NCBI GenBank assembly: GCA_951406725.2
Contig: OX597818.1
Span: 105,834,001 to 105,898,000 of the forward strand
Length of the DNA: 64,000 bases
Direction of reading: 5' to 3'
Origin: Octopus vulgaris
Lineage: Eukaryota
Each line of letters opens with the position of its first letter. The first letter of the stretch is position 1. Shown here one piece after another: positions 51,916 through 64,000 of this stretch. The position numbers were made by a program, and so were the translations under genes. The notes below the pieces were generated by a model, which worked only from the letters and a program-made list of their open reading frames with translations, was not told the origin of the DNA and did no database searches.

Positions 51916-53289
51916 CAATATTTATATTCTATTTTTAAAGCTTAAAAGTAGGAGGGAGGGTGGGATAAGGTTCTAATGTATTTTGTGTTTTTTTAATTGT
52001 GTTTCTCGTTTAATGTCTGACTACTGTCATTTTGTCTTGAAGTATTTTAACTGTCCTCATTATGATTTTTAAATATTTGTCTTTTAAAAAGTTTATTTAT
52101 TTTATATAGCATTTGTCCAGCTTGTAGTAAACATGTTTTCTTTGCCAATTTGTTTTTCTTGTTAATTAATCTTTCTTTCATAATTATTAGCTTTGTCTTT
52201 GTCTCTTCTGGACGTCTTTGTTTGTTTTTGTATCATATAGTCAGTCATTAGTATTACAGTACACTTCGTACAGTAATACAGGTCGCTAACTCCACACAAG
52301 TCTCATATATATAGATATATATATAGTACACTGCTAAATTTGAGGTCAACCTTCAAGGATGAACCTTTACTTTTTGTAATGGTATCAGTTCCACAAGTTG
52401 ACAATCAGTTTACAGTTTACACTTTACCGGAGGGAAAAGAAATATCAATTGTTTTCCCTCCATCTTGTTTAATTGAATTAATATTTCTAAACCATTGTAA
52501 TATATTTGCTTCATGGTTGTGTCTTTTTTAACTCACACTGATTCTTCAATCCATTCATTATTATCAGCTTCATTCAATTTCCCCTACACATGAATTTTTG
52601 ATATCCTAACTGGTACAAGCGCCATAGAGTTGAGTAAAAGTTAAGCTCCCAGCAAATTATGTCTGTGATCTATTCTCGACAATCAACTCTCAATACATTA
52701 ATTATAGTTCACTACATCTGTCTCACTAATGTCCTTGAAAAAGATAGGAATCTCATATCATATTTCATTTTCCCTTCCCTATGAAATTGTCTCTTCTGCC
52801 TCTGTCAAAAGAGCATTTTAACAATGGTTAACATTGCCCTGTTAATAATGATTAACAATGGTTAATTTTGTTGTTAATGTTTATAGTTGTTATCTAATAG
52901 TGCTATGTTGACATTGGTTAATAGTGCAATGTTAACATTGGTTAACAGTGCAATGTTAGTGTTTAACAATTTTCTGTAAACAATGTTCGACAATGAAGAA
53001 TGGGGAGAGAGACTGATCACTTATCTCTCTCTCTCTCTTTGATTTGTCTTGAAATGAGATGAAAAGAAGTATCATATGTTTTTTTTCACATATCTTTCGT
53101 GTTAGTTCCAAAACTAACCATTCCAGACCATTATATAATAGGGTTTCGGGTTTGTCTTTGTCCTCTCTCTTTCTGTCCCCCACCCCTCTCTCTCCAGTTC
53201 TGCAAGAAACCAGCTTACTAACTATTCATCATGAGTTTACTCACTGTCTTGTATTCTAATTATTCATTGTGAACATAAATGCTAATTGT

Positions 53290-53295
53290 AATAAA
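53290..53295 (+). terminator. Candidate SUN polyadenylation signal AATAAA
   Basis: AATAAA about 1.4 kb after the stop, followed by a TG/T-rich tract. Alternatives at 53799 and 54258. Confidence 0.45.
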
Positions 53296-54207
53296 TACTG
53301 TTTGGATTGAAGATGTGGCTATTGAAACACACACATACACACACACACACATATATATATATATAAAATGCCATTTAAAACATTGAACATTATTATAATT
53401 ATGCTTTTTTTTTATTTCATTTTGAAAATTCTACAATAGGTAACTTTACAAAATGATTTGTAATTTGTAATCTGTCAACTTTGTTTTGCTATAAAATCCA
53501 GTGAAAATGTTTACTCATAAAATACAAACAAAAAAAATTACCATTACTTTTTTTTTTTTTTTTAACTGAAAACTTTCTGAACTGAAATTATTTATGCAAT
53601 TTTATTTTTGTTCAACCATCACTTTTTTCTGAAATACTGTTTTGTCAACCAAGTTAGTAAATCTTATTGTTGGCATCTTGCTACTTACATTCATTTTTCT
53701 GCAAAATATAGTTACAGAAGGCAGCAACTTCATTTCATAGAGATACATTTCATTACAATCATTTCATTCATTCACTTCATATGTAGAGGAAATGCCTTAA
53801 TAAAATATTTTGATATTAATATTCTTTTCTTGTTTTTTTTCATTTGTTTGTAACCATTTATAATTGTGTAAAAGTTCTGTCTATGCTGGAATGAGTTTCC
53901 TATTCATATAATATCCTTCCTAATTTTGGCACAAGGGCCAGCAATGTTGAGGGGAGGGGAAGTTGATTACATCAACCCCAGTGCTCAATTTGGTACTTAT
54001 TTTATTGATCCTGAAAGGATGAAAAGCAGTCAACCTCAGCGGCATTTGAACACAGAATGTGAAGAGATAGAACTACTTAGCAACATTTTATCCTGCATGA
54101 TGATAATTCTGCCAGCCTAATGCCCTTATTTCTACAAATATCAGATATAATGAATTAAAGTAAGTGCTTCAACACCTAGATAAACTTTGAAGAGAGCAAT
54201 AGTTTTG

Positions 54208-54213
54208 TTTTAT
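54208..54213 (-). terminator. Candidate DMC1 polyadenylation signal AATAAA
   Basis: TTTATT on the + strand about 120 nt downstream of the DMC1 stop. Confidence 0.45.
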
Positions 54214-54329
54214 TATTTTTACCCAATATTTGAATTTCAGAATGTTGAAGTGCTTTTAATAAAATACATATTTTGTTTAAGACAATAAAAGCTACAGTTT
54301 GGCCTGGTTTATCAACATTGATATGACTT

Positions 54330-54399
54330 CTATTCTTTTGCATCATTGATTCCTCCTTGTGTGATGGAAAATGTTGCTTCACTTTCTGGTAGATCTGGA
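54330..54399 (-). CDS. DMC1: DMC1 terminal coding exon ([22 protein letters not shown])
   Basis: TTTTACAG acceptor, TAG stop at 54332-54330. Confidence 0.96.
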
Positions 54400-57300
54400 C
54401 TGTAAAACATGAAATACAACAAAATTATTTAAATTTGTAAGTATTTTTACTGGTAAGAACTTACTTCATCTAAATTGAGTTTTCTTTGCAACCAGGTTGG
54501 TTTTTTGTTATATTACCATCATGTCACAGACAGCAGGTAACTCTGAAGCATTTACAGTATTTCCAGGGGAGGATATACTATAAGGACTCCTCTAAGTTCA
54601 TTAGAGGATTTGACAAAACACTAGCTGATTATACAATATTTTTGTCTCAGTTCTATTGTACCTATCTATGCACAGATAGACTAGGTCAACAATAGTAAAT
54701 GTCTTGACTATTGACATTGTACAATACCAGTAATGGCATATAAACCACTTTCCCACACAGCTAGTGGTCCAGTACCTTATCTGTAGTTCTATGTCTTTCT
54801 CTCTCTTTTATCACCTTGACTTATGGTGTATCTTGTGTTACAGGATTTTTTTATTCTCTGGTGTATTACTGGTACATAATTTTTATGTCAAAATAAATAA
54901 AAAGGCTTTGTGAATTTAGATTAGAATTTAAACTTACTGATAAGGCCTTCTGCTATTGACACAAGGCCTGAAATTTGGGGGTAAGAAGCTACTCAACTTA
55001 CATCAACCCCAATAGTACTTATTCTATTGATCTTGAAAGGATGAAATTCAAAGTCAATCTCAGCAGAATTTGAACCCCAATCGTAAAGATAGAGAAAATG
55101 CTTCTAGGTATTTTGCTTATTTCATAGTGCTCAGGTGCATTGTAACTCAGCAGTAAAGGTTAAGGAGTTAATTGAAAGCAGACATAAGTAAAGAAAGACA
55201 GCAATAAAAGCTAAAGTACATGCACAGTACACAGAATATAATGCAAAAACATAAAGAAGTGAACATTAAGGAAAGTGCCAACGCTACTATGGATGTGCAC
55301 AGACACATCATTAGTGCTGGCACATTTCAGTAAGCATGGAATTTTTGAAGGATGCAATGTTCTGACTGCTAACAACCAATAAAGATAGTGTAAAGTTAAG
55401 AAACCCTGTATCCTTCTCTACTGTAGTTCAAGGTTGGCTAATATTGTCTTCCACAGACTTTAGTGGTTGAATGAGACTATTTATCTCCATTTTCTATGAT
55501 GTTAAATGGTTGAGAGTCAGATCTTCTTGGATAAGACTAGTTTCTTAGTTTTAATTTACTGCTACTTAGTAACAAGTCACTACTACTTGTGATAGACTGG
55601 GTCATTTGAAAGTTGGTCATGAACTTACTTTCCTGTGGCCAGATCTCTTAGCTGGTTGTCCAGTGTCCTATTGACTTGACTGTAATATTATGTTTTAATG
55701 ACTTCAACCTATCTAACCCTTTCGTTACTATATTTCTAACCAAAATACACCCCTTATGTGTTTCAATTAATTTCTAACATAATCATAAATTTAGTCTCGT
55801 TTCATTAAACAACTATAACTTTTTTATTTATCAATATATTAATGTGATTTTTGGAAGATAATTTAATGAAATGTTCTCAACCAATTCTATCCTGGGAAAG
55901 TCTGTGGCTTGGTCCAGTTTCTTCAGAAAAATCACTGAAAGAAAGTTTCTAAATTTTCACTCCATTCAGGTGCCAATTCATTTTCTTTATCGCTCTCGGA
56001 TTCACTGTTTTCACTTTCGGAAAATGAAACATCAGATTCATTATCAAATACCACGTGCTTTTTTTTTCAGTCATAGAGTTAGATTTATCAAGGTCTTCAG
56101 TAGAAAATCCTTCGAATTCTGACTCGCTGCTTGATATAATGAAATTTGTATCCATTTTTTGTCAGAATTACAAATTCTGAAAACACAATAGGAACAAATT
56201 TCGGAAAAAAATCTCCCAAAATTCACGGAATTAAAATTACACTTCGATTGTTGTACAAAACTGTAGATGAACTGTTTACGAAGTATAATACGTGTTTTCA
56301 TGAATGTACTAAAGAGATTTGCTCTGATATTCTCATTTAAATATGAATAGGTAAATACGGGCAGGTTTGGGCGGTTTGGTCACATTAACCAAAATTTTTT
56401 TCGGGCGGCTTTGGGCAGTTTGGTAACGAAAGGGTTAATCTAGTCTTATTTTTCTTTTTGTTGTACGGCTTTATTAAACATGTTATTGTTAGAAAGGGAG
56501 ACTATTGGCAATACCTTAGAAACAAAAGATAATGATTTTTCTACTTTGACATAAGAATCATGTGTACATTGTGAAAAATATTGAAAGACTATTTCTATTT
56601 TCACACTTGTCTTTGAAATTATCTGCAATGTAGCCGTGTCCATTTAAAACTTTGTATAGTTCTTTAATTCTTATATCTGTAACTGAACTGTAGCCATGTT
56701 ATGTCACTAGCAACAAGTAGTCATACTGACTCCAGTACTGATTGCTTCTTAGCACTTATTTTATCAGTCTCTATTTGTTGAGCAACTAAATGCAAGATAT
56801 GAGGTGACACAACATGAACAACACTAGTTTTCGTAGAAGAATGAACACTAGACACATACACACACACACATATATACAAACAGTAGCCTTCTGCTCCGAT
56901 TCCACTTGCAAGTTATTGGTGAACCTGAACAAAAAAGAAGATATTTGCCCAAGGAACTCTGCAGTAGAAGCTTCAAATTCACAACCAGGTGGTTGTGAAG
57001 GTTTAAAATATAGATGGGTGGAATATTAAAAAATAAATAAGTTGGATATTCAACTTTAGGAAACTGGAATTTAATACCTGTCATAGATCTTTGCAATTCT
57101 TGTATCTCCTCTTCCTTTACGAAGGTAAACCCTAATGGTGGATGCATGTGCTAGAATGTGTCCACCAATGGGTTTCTTTGGGTCCCCTTGAAACCTAAAT
57201 GAAGAACAAATATTCTCAATCTCTTAAAAGATAATAATTCAAGTCATACTAATTTCTAAGATTAAATGTTTTTCTTTAGTTTTCTCTTGATATGGTCAAG

Positions 57301-60300
57301 TCTGTAACTTTGGTTTTAGTTTTATTTGTGACTATTTTATTACACAGATATCATTGATGAAAGAAAGAGCATTGATTGGTAACTGTTATGAGGTCAAGTT
57401 ATAAGAATGCTATTGCAATTTGTGTTCATATACACTGAGAATAAGTGTGTAGAATTTGTAAGGCATTGGGAAACTAAACATTTTTGAGCATAGCCCCTTC
57501 ATTAAAAAAAAACATTTAAAAAATTTTTATAATATTACTGTGAACATGTAGTGAGGGAGGGAGTACCCAGGTAAAGAAAAAAACATATAAGCCAGAGTAA
57601 TGAAGTAGGGAAGGGACAACATTTAAGAAGTTCAACAATATAAAAATAATTGCAGGTTGGACAGTGTTTGTAGTCAGACTCTAACACCTTACTGTCCTCT
57701 CTCCATCCTTCATTCTGACCACTAAATACATTTTTTAAAACCCTTTTTACCTAGTTATCCCCTATCTACCCCGGCACATTCTTCAAATTGATCTCAGTGG
57801 TACTATAAACATTTGGAAATATTTCTCTCTCCCACAAAGAGCTTTACTAAATGTCAGTAATCTTGACTAACCACAGTATACAAACTTTAGTAAATCGTTT
57901 ATTCAGATGCAAATCACCACAACTAGTTTCAACGACACTCTGGTTTCTATTTTCAATTTTATATACATGAAAACAATTCTCTGGCATTGCTAAAACAAAC
58001 TGCAGAACATTAGAGTAGTTATTGCTTTCTCAATTATCACAAGAGTAGTTAAATTCTACACTCCAAACTAACAAATCATCTATGAACAGGGAACATCTAG
58101 AAATAAGCTAATTCTCCCTGAAAACTCACCACCCTCTTAGAAAAGGACACATTCAAGTGTCTGTCTTGCTAAAATTGATGGTAGTCATAGCCGGAATGCT
58201 TTTGATTATAAATCTATTTGATCAAAGTCATCCTGGATTATTTCTAATTCTGATTACTTACAGCTGTGAACTCTTATCACTCTAGTTATAACTATATGAG
58301 GTTAACTTTTGAGGTGTATAGAAAATATAAATTCAACCAAAGACATTATGGAGACTAAATTATAAAAATGTTTTACTCTATAATAGTTATAGTGTAGAAA
58401 AACCTATTTTGTATAGATAAATTAATGTATCAAGCCTAATCAATATAAAGATAAAAGTTTTTAATTTTAAGAATATGAAAAACTGAAATGGCATATTATA
58501 CAGAAGTAAACAAATCATTCATACTGTTGCTATAAGCTGCTTCTGCTATCAGCAAATATGTAAAACCATGGATTTATTCAACAAGTGTTTATTAAATCCT
58601 TGGATGCAAGTTCATATTGCTGTCTGCTATTAATATAGTTTTCCCTTCAAAATGAGAGATCCACTTCATGCATATCTTGGCCATGGACACAACCCAGTAT
58701 TGGGTACCACTAGCCTCACGGTATGATAATATACTGTAAACTTTGAGATAAGCTCCGAGTGAACAGACACTGTTAATCCTTGATTAAAAACAATTCATCT
58801 TATATATAGCTTTTGTTCTTGGGAAATTATTGTTTGTCACAATATCTCATTTTCTTTCTTACTCTTTTCCCTTCCATAGGTCTTGTGTTTATTCCCCACC
58901 TCGAAATACATGCTCACCCCCATCTTCCTTTCCCTGAAATTATCTCAACAATTATATATTTGAAGATGCAGGAACATCAAGCCTATGTATGCAATCATAA
59001 GAAAACAGTGAAAGAAACCCAATTGAGGCCGTTAGAGAACCTCTACATGGTCATTTAGCTTATTAGAAGTAATAGCCAGCCCTTCAAATCTCACCCAACT
59101 GTCTTTAAGTGGGGCACAGTGGGCGATGTAATTTTAAATTTCTTGTGCATAGAAAGATGGTGGGATGGTCATGTTTAGGATGCCTTTAATTGGAGGTCTG
59201 CTTGATTGGGGCTGACCTGGGACTGAACAACAATGATGTCAATAACAAATGTACCTGAAAAAAATGATTTCTAATATTTGCACAACTAAGACAACAAAAT
59301 CTGGAGGAATATAGATAATGAGAGTGTAATTAATCTCAGTATACTGGTAATTATTTTATTGAACCTGAGAAAGTTAAAGTTGGCAAGGAAATGTCGTGTC
59401 TTCTAACTAAATTACTGCTTTGAAATAAAACAATAGAGGTTTTCTGAAGAGAAAGATCAATGAAAGAAATATAAGGATTTAACTTCTGTCAGCCAGTAGA
59501 ATTAACCCATCAATTGGCTTACCATCACCACCTGGAACTTTAGGTGCCTACATTAGAGTCTACTCTTTTACAAACATTCAGACCAGGTTACTGGTTTGAG
59601 GATAACTTCCTTCCACCAGTTGAGACTGCTCTCAAAGGCCATGTAAGATCATGAGCAATACCTTCCCTCCTGACTAAACAAAAAAAAAAAGAAAAAAATA
59701 GTTGGTTGTTCAATATTGATCATATAAACTTGATCTGCACACACAAACAGACAATACAACTTCCACTGAAGTTCATAGAACTAATGAACCAATAAAGGGT
59801 CTTATTATCATAAAAGGTGAGAAGCTGGGGCTAACAGAATCTGTATACAAAATTAATTTATCTTTGCAGAGTTTTTATTATGTTGTTTACATTTTTAATT
59901 GAAATCCCACCTAGATCAACCTAGTCTTTCAATCTTCTCAGGTTCGTAAAATAGTACCAGTCAAAATTGTAAACTTGCGCCTGCATTGGAAATCATTAAG
60001 ACATATGTAATTGATGGATGTGGCAGAAAAGTAAATGAAGAAATTGAAGTGGAGGAAGGAAACTAGGAGAGGTGGTATGAGAGGCTCATATGTCCAGGCT
60101 GGGTAGTAAACAAAAGGAGAAGCTAAAGTTGGAGAGGGTAGTTGGAAAGAATGAATGCCTCAAGAAAGAAAGGAAAACAAAAAGTAGCCACATTTAGAGA
60201 GTTATTTTGGTATAAAGATACCCAAGAATATTCTTAGTTGTATTACTTACATCATGTTTGCTCCTGGATCAGCTGTCATCTGATTAGTAATGAACATAGC

Positions 60301-63300
60301 AACATTATATTCTGGTTGAGAGAAAGAAACAAATAATAGCTAAAACATGGAATATCAACAGTAATGGCAGATTCAATTTAATTTTCCCATTTACCTACAC
60401 CAGTGGCTCTTTGTCATTTTTTCAAATTCCCACTGCCCAACATCTTTAAGTATTTGTTATTCCTAGCACCCCACTAAGTGGTGAGTGAGATATCATAACT
60501 AAACTAATTTAATATGGATATAAATTTTACTCTAAAAATGGATTGTATAAACTTTTAACAGTGAAATGATAAAAAAATGAAGAAAGACAAAAGTTGTAAA
60601 TTTACTTTATACATAGCGAGTTAATGACTTCCCCATGCCTAATTATAAATCTCATTTTATTTTAATAACTATTACTAGTTTTGTCATGTATAATATAATT
60701 ATTACCATAGGTAAAATTTAATATGTTAATTATGTTACTTCACAGTCCCCTAAAGTCTAATGCCCCCTTCGACATGCCCAGTGCTCCTTTAGGATGGTAC
60801 CACCCCTGTTGAGAACATCTGCCCTACACTAATGCTGATAAACTGAGACATATTCTGGCAGGAGATTTTTTAATAAATAAAATGATTTTATCCTTTGAAG
60901 TTTAAAAATGCAATCAAGGGATGACCTGGATGGGAATTACCAGTCTTTTCTTTTTTAGGAGTATGCACAAATGACTCTGAAGACCTAGTCTTCAATAATA
61001 TGACAGAAGTATTAATAAAATATACTAATGCATATTCACAAATTAGAGTTCTCCACATTATGAAAGTGATACATTCCAGGAAATCTGACAGGAACTTCCA
61101 TTATGCAAAATTAATTTTTCTTAATGATTTTCATATGATAAAGAGAGAGAATGTATCCTGATTTTTTCCAAGACAAAAAAAAAGGTAACATATCCACACT
61201 TATGCATGAAAATAACATTTCTAAATATACTCAGTACAATACATAAAAATATTTGAACAGAAATACTTAAAGGAATAAATAAGATTTATAATATTCTTTT
61301 CTACTCTAGGTACAAGACCCGAAATTTTTGTGGAGGGGACCAGTCGATCAGGTTGACCACAGTATGCAACTGGTACTTAATTTATCAACTCCAAAAGGAT
61401 AAAAGACAAAGTCGACCTCAGTGGAATTTGAACTCAGAACGTAAAGACAGACGAAATACCACTGAGCATTTCACCCGGCATGCTAACATTTCTACCAGCT
61501 CGCCACCTTAATAAGATTTATAATATCATAATAGAGTATGTTCATACTACAAAGATTCACCAGCTCATTGGATCTTGTCAAACCATACAAACCATGACAG
61601 CATGGAAGACAGATGTTAAGTGATAATGATGATGATGCTGATATACACATGCATGCACATGCACACACACACACACACACACACACGCATTACCACAAAG
61701 CAAGTGAGCAGAATATATGAATCAAAATATAATCAGTTAACAGAATATTTAGGCAGGAACTTTGAATTTACCTTCTGCTATTTTTTGAAGTCGTGATAGA
61801 AGTTGACCAAGTTTCTGCTGTCTGTCAGCCAGTTCTCCTCGTCCACAGAAATCAACACGAAATAAAGCCATAACAGAATCAACAACCTTGAGAAAAAAAA
61901 CAAAAAAAGTGACATTTCCTTATCTCTATTTTTACACTTGTCCTTCATCCCTCTTTTTTTCAAATCTACTCTAGATTTGAGGTTGTTTCTAGTATATCTG
62001 AGTATATTTCTCAAAGAATGTCTAAGAGAAAATAACTGGCAATGCCTGCCGCATAAAACATTAATATACTCCTAATGCAAACATACTTGAAGCAGTGAGT
62101 CAAAACATTTTAATTCATTAAAATTATACTCTTATTGAGAAGAAAATTATTATCTAAATGACTAATTCCGGTTAAGAAAGGCAAGGGAGACAACTCTAGA
62201 TTATTGTATTTATGTTACAAGCATATTGATTCTTGCTGTAGAATATTATTGAAGTTATGACACTAAAATTAATGACAAGTTACACGTATCTAACTTTGAG
62301 TCCCACAAGTGTTGATCTTATTATGTCTCTTTAGGATTAATCCTAAAGAGACGTAATAAGATGTCTCCACCATCATCTCCAAGATACCAGAATGTTATAC
62401 CTATAAGGCCTTGGATGTCCAGCTGGACAGATAAATTCGAATATTGAGACAACTACATCTTGAATTCAAATTTTGCCTCGGTCAGTTTTGCCTTTCATCC
62501 TTCTGGGATCAATAAATACAGAACCAGTCAAGGATGATGAGCTAATGAAAACCTTAGAGTATGGAAGGCTATGCCTTGTAGTTCCAATTTTATGATTTCT
62601 GAGTTTGAAACCAGATATTGCTTACATGGGTGGTAGACTTAATTCAATTATGAGTGTCTTTTAGCAGAATCCACTTCGTTGCTACATTCTGGCCAGGTCA
62701 CCAATATGAAAATGCCTTTCTCCTTTCCTCTTGCCACTCACAGGTGTCATGTAAAGGACCATGAGCACTGCCCTTCACTCCTGACTAAATGATAAAGAAA
62801 AACATTTGTTCTTCTGTGATATTTATGCCTTTAGCTTCGAAAGTCAATCACATCTCAGTCAAAAGCCATTGCTATTAATACATATTGAGCAGTAATTCAT
62901 TGTTTTCACAATACACCATCGTCATCATTTAATGTCTATGTTCCATGCTGGCATGGGCTGGATGGTTTGACAGGATCTAATGGGTCCAAGGGCCACATCA
63001 TGCTCCTGTGTCTGCTTTGGTATGGTCTCCACAGCTGGATACCTTCCTTAACACCAACCACTTCGCACCATGTACAGAGTACTTTTTTCATATACCAGCA
63101 CTAGTAAGGTTACCATGCAGTTCATGAGACTACAAAACCCCAGGTGAAGGTGGCAGCATATATATATGAAGAAATGAGGATATAGAGTCCAGGAGGAGGG
63201 AAGGAGGGAGAGGCAAGCTGGTTCTTGTAGAGGAGCTCACAACATAATTATTCAGCAATTGTAATAATGTTGTATGTGCATGTGTTTGCAGGGTACTCTT

Positions 63301-63573
63301 ACATCTATTTTTCCTGTCTTTTTGTTAGAGAAAAATGTTTTTGCAGCTTGATGCTCTTCTTACTTTTAATGACTTGACTTTATAGGTTGATATCTCTTAC
63401 AACAATTTAAAATAAAACATAAACCTCTTTACTTTTTATGGTATCATCACAAAGTACTTAAATTTATATTGTTTGAATGTTGATAAAAGACAATTTTACC
63501 ATCAGTTTAAATATTCCAGGTTCCTCATAAAACTTGGCTGCCACAAAATCCAAAAGTTCATATTGGTGTTCAC
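54330..63573 (-). CDS. DMC1: Meiotic recombinase DMC1, last five coding exons (5' part beyond window end)
   Basis: Spliced translation [167 protein letters not shown] and GGHILAH are DMC1-type rather than RAD51-type. Confidence 0.96.
55713..56438 (-). mobile_element. Internally deleted piggyBac element in DMC1 last intron
   Basis: Perfect 12-bp TIRs CCCTTTCGTTAC / GTAACGAAAGGG, CTAA/TTAA TSD. Retains an acidic ORF start [21 protein letters not shown] like piggyBac transposase N-termini. Confidence 0.85.
57078..57194 (-). CDS. DMC1: DMC1 exon ([18 protein letters not shown]...RIAKIYDS)
   Basis: 117 nt, TTTAG acceptor, CAG|GTATTA donor. Confidence 0.96.
60251..60311 (-). CDS. DMC1: DMC1 exon ([19 protein letters not shown])
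   Basis: 61 nt, CCAG acceptor, GTAAGT donor. Confidence 0.95.
60401..60821. mobile_element. hAT (Charlie-like) MITE
   Basis: 8-bp TSD ACCTACAC / CCCTACAC. Ends CAGTGGCTCT... / ...GTTGAGAACATCTG. Confidence 0.7.
61295..61510 (-). mobile_element. Second SINE family (GAGTTCAAATTCC...GTCGACTTTG.CTTT.ATCCTTT)
   Basis: Related copies at about 17515-17686, 18235-18445, 32205-32410, 53915-54125 and 54950-55100. Confidence 0.75.
61772..61886 (-). CDS. DMC1: DMC1 exon (Walker B VVDS and L1 loop)
   Basis: 115 nt, CAAG acceptor, AAG|GTAAAT donor. Confidence 0.96.
62315..62362. repeat. 48-bp near-perfect palindrome in a DMC1 intron
   Basis: ATCTTATTATGTCTCTTTAGGATT|AATCCTAAAGAGACGTAATAAGAT, one mismatched pair. 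Confidence 0.92.
63500..63573 (-). CDS. DMC1: DMC1 exon ([25 protein letters not shown])
   Basis: TTGCAG acceptor, ATG|GTAAAA donor, 74 nt. Confidence 0.95.
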
Positions 63574-64000
63574 CTGCAACAGGTAAATAAGATAGTTTCT
63601 GAAGGAAAATGCATATTGTTTTGAGTCTAAAAGTAATTTAATCATTCTCTTATGGACCTTTAGAATATTTAAGAACACTAAATTTAATGAACCATTGGGA
63701 TAATCTTTATGTGGTCATTCGACCAACTAGGAAAACACAAAAATCACCCATAAATTGTACTGCATCATCTTAAAAAGGGTTCACATTAGCTAATGTAATT
63801 CTAAAGATTCCAAAAGAGACAAGATTCTAAAATAACTTTGGTCATATGCTTACTTGATTTGGTTGATCAGGGCTAAACTACAACAATAGTAGATTTTTGG
63901 TTTAATTTTTAAAATTTTAATTAAAATTAAAACTTTTCAAAGTTTTGCTTAATATCACCATCAGATTATTTTATAATGCTCTGATCCCTATTCATGTGAG

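Noticed and set aside
55255-55385. Possible GIY-YIG endonuclease remnant ([15 protein letters not shown]....VL)
   Set aside because: Too short and degraded to support without a profile search.
54330-63573. Assignment as RAD51
   Set aside because: [22 protein letters not shown] and GGHILAH are DMC1-type; RAD51 has ALYRTDY, RQMHL, TNQVVAQVD and GGNIIAH.

Overview
AT-rich, intron- and repeat-rich animal genomic DNA. The repeat families (tRNA-headed SINEs, elements with (GAT)n tails, (TA)n/(CA)n microsatellites) suggest a coleoid cephalopod, probably Octopus; this is an inference. Two protein-coding genes were reconstructed by hand from splice sites and reading frames. (1) A + strand SUN1/SUN2 (UNC-84/klaroid)-type inner nuclear membrane LINC protein has 18 phase-consistent exons from 26076 to the stop at 51913-51915. 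Its probable start exon is 14283-14323 (about 919 aa in total), and there are further uncertain upstream exons. (2) The last five coding exons of the meiotic recombinase DMC1 lie on the - strand (63573 down to the stop at 54330); its 5' part is outside the window. The two genes are tail-to-tail, about 2.4 kb apart. Introns carry decayed mariner, piggyBac, hAT, RTE-LINE and SINE elements. One intron holds a 183-bp palindrome built from two degenerate type I hammerhead-ribozyme motifs. Most short ORFs in the supplied track are microsatellite or SINE artefacts.
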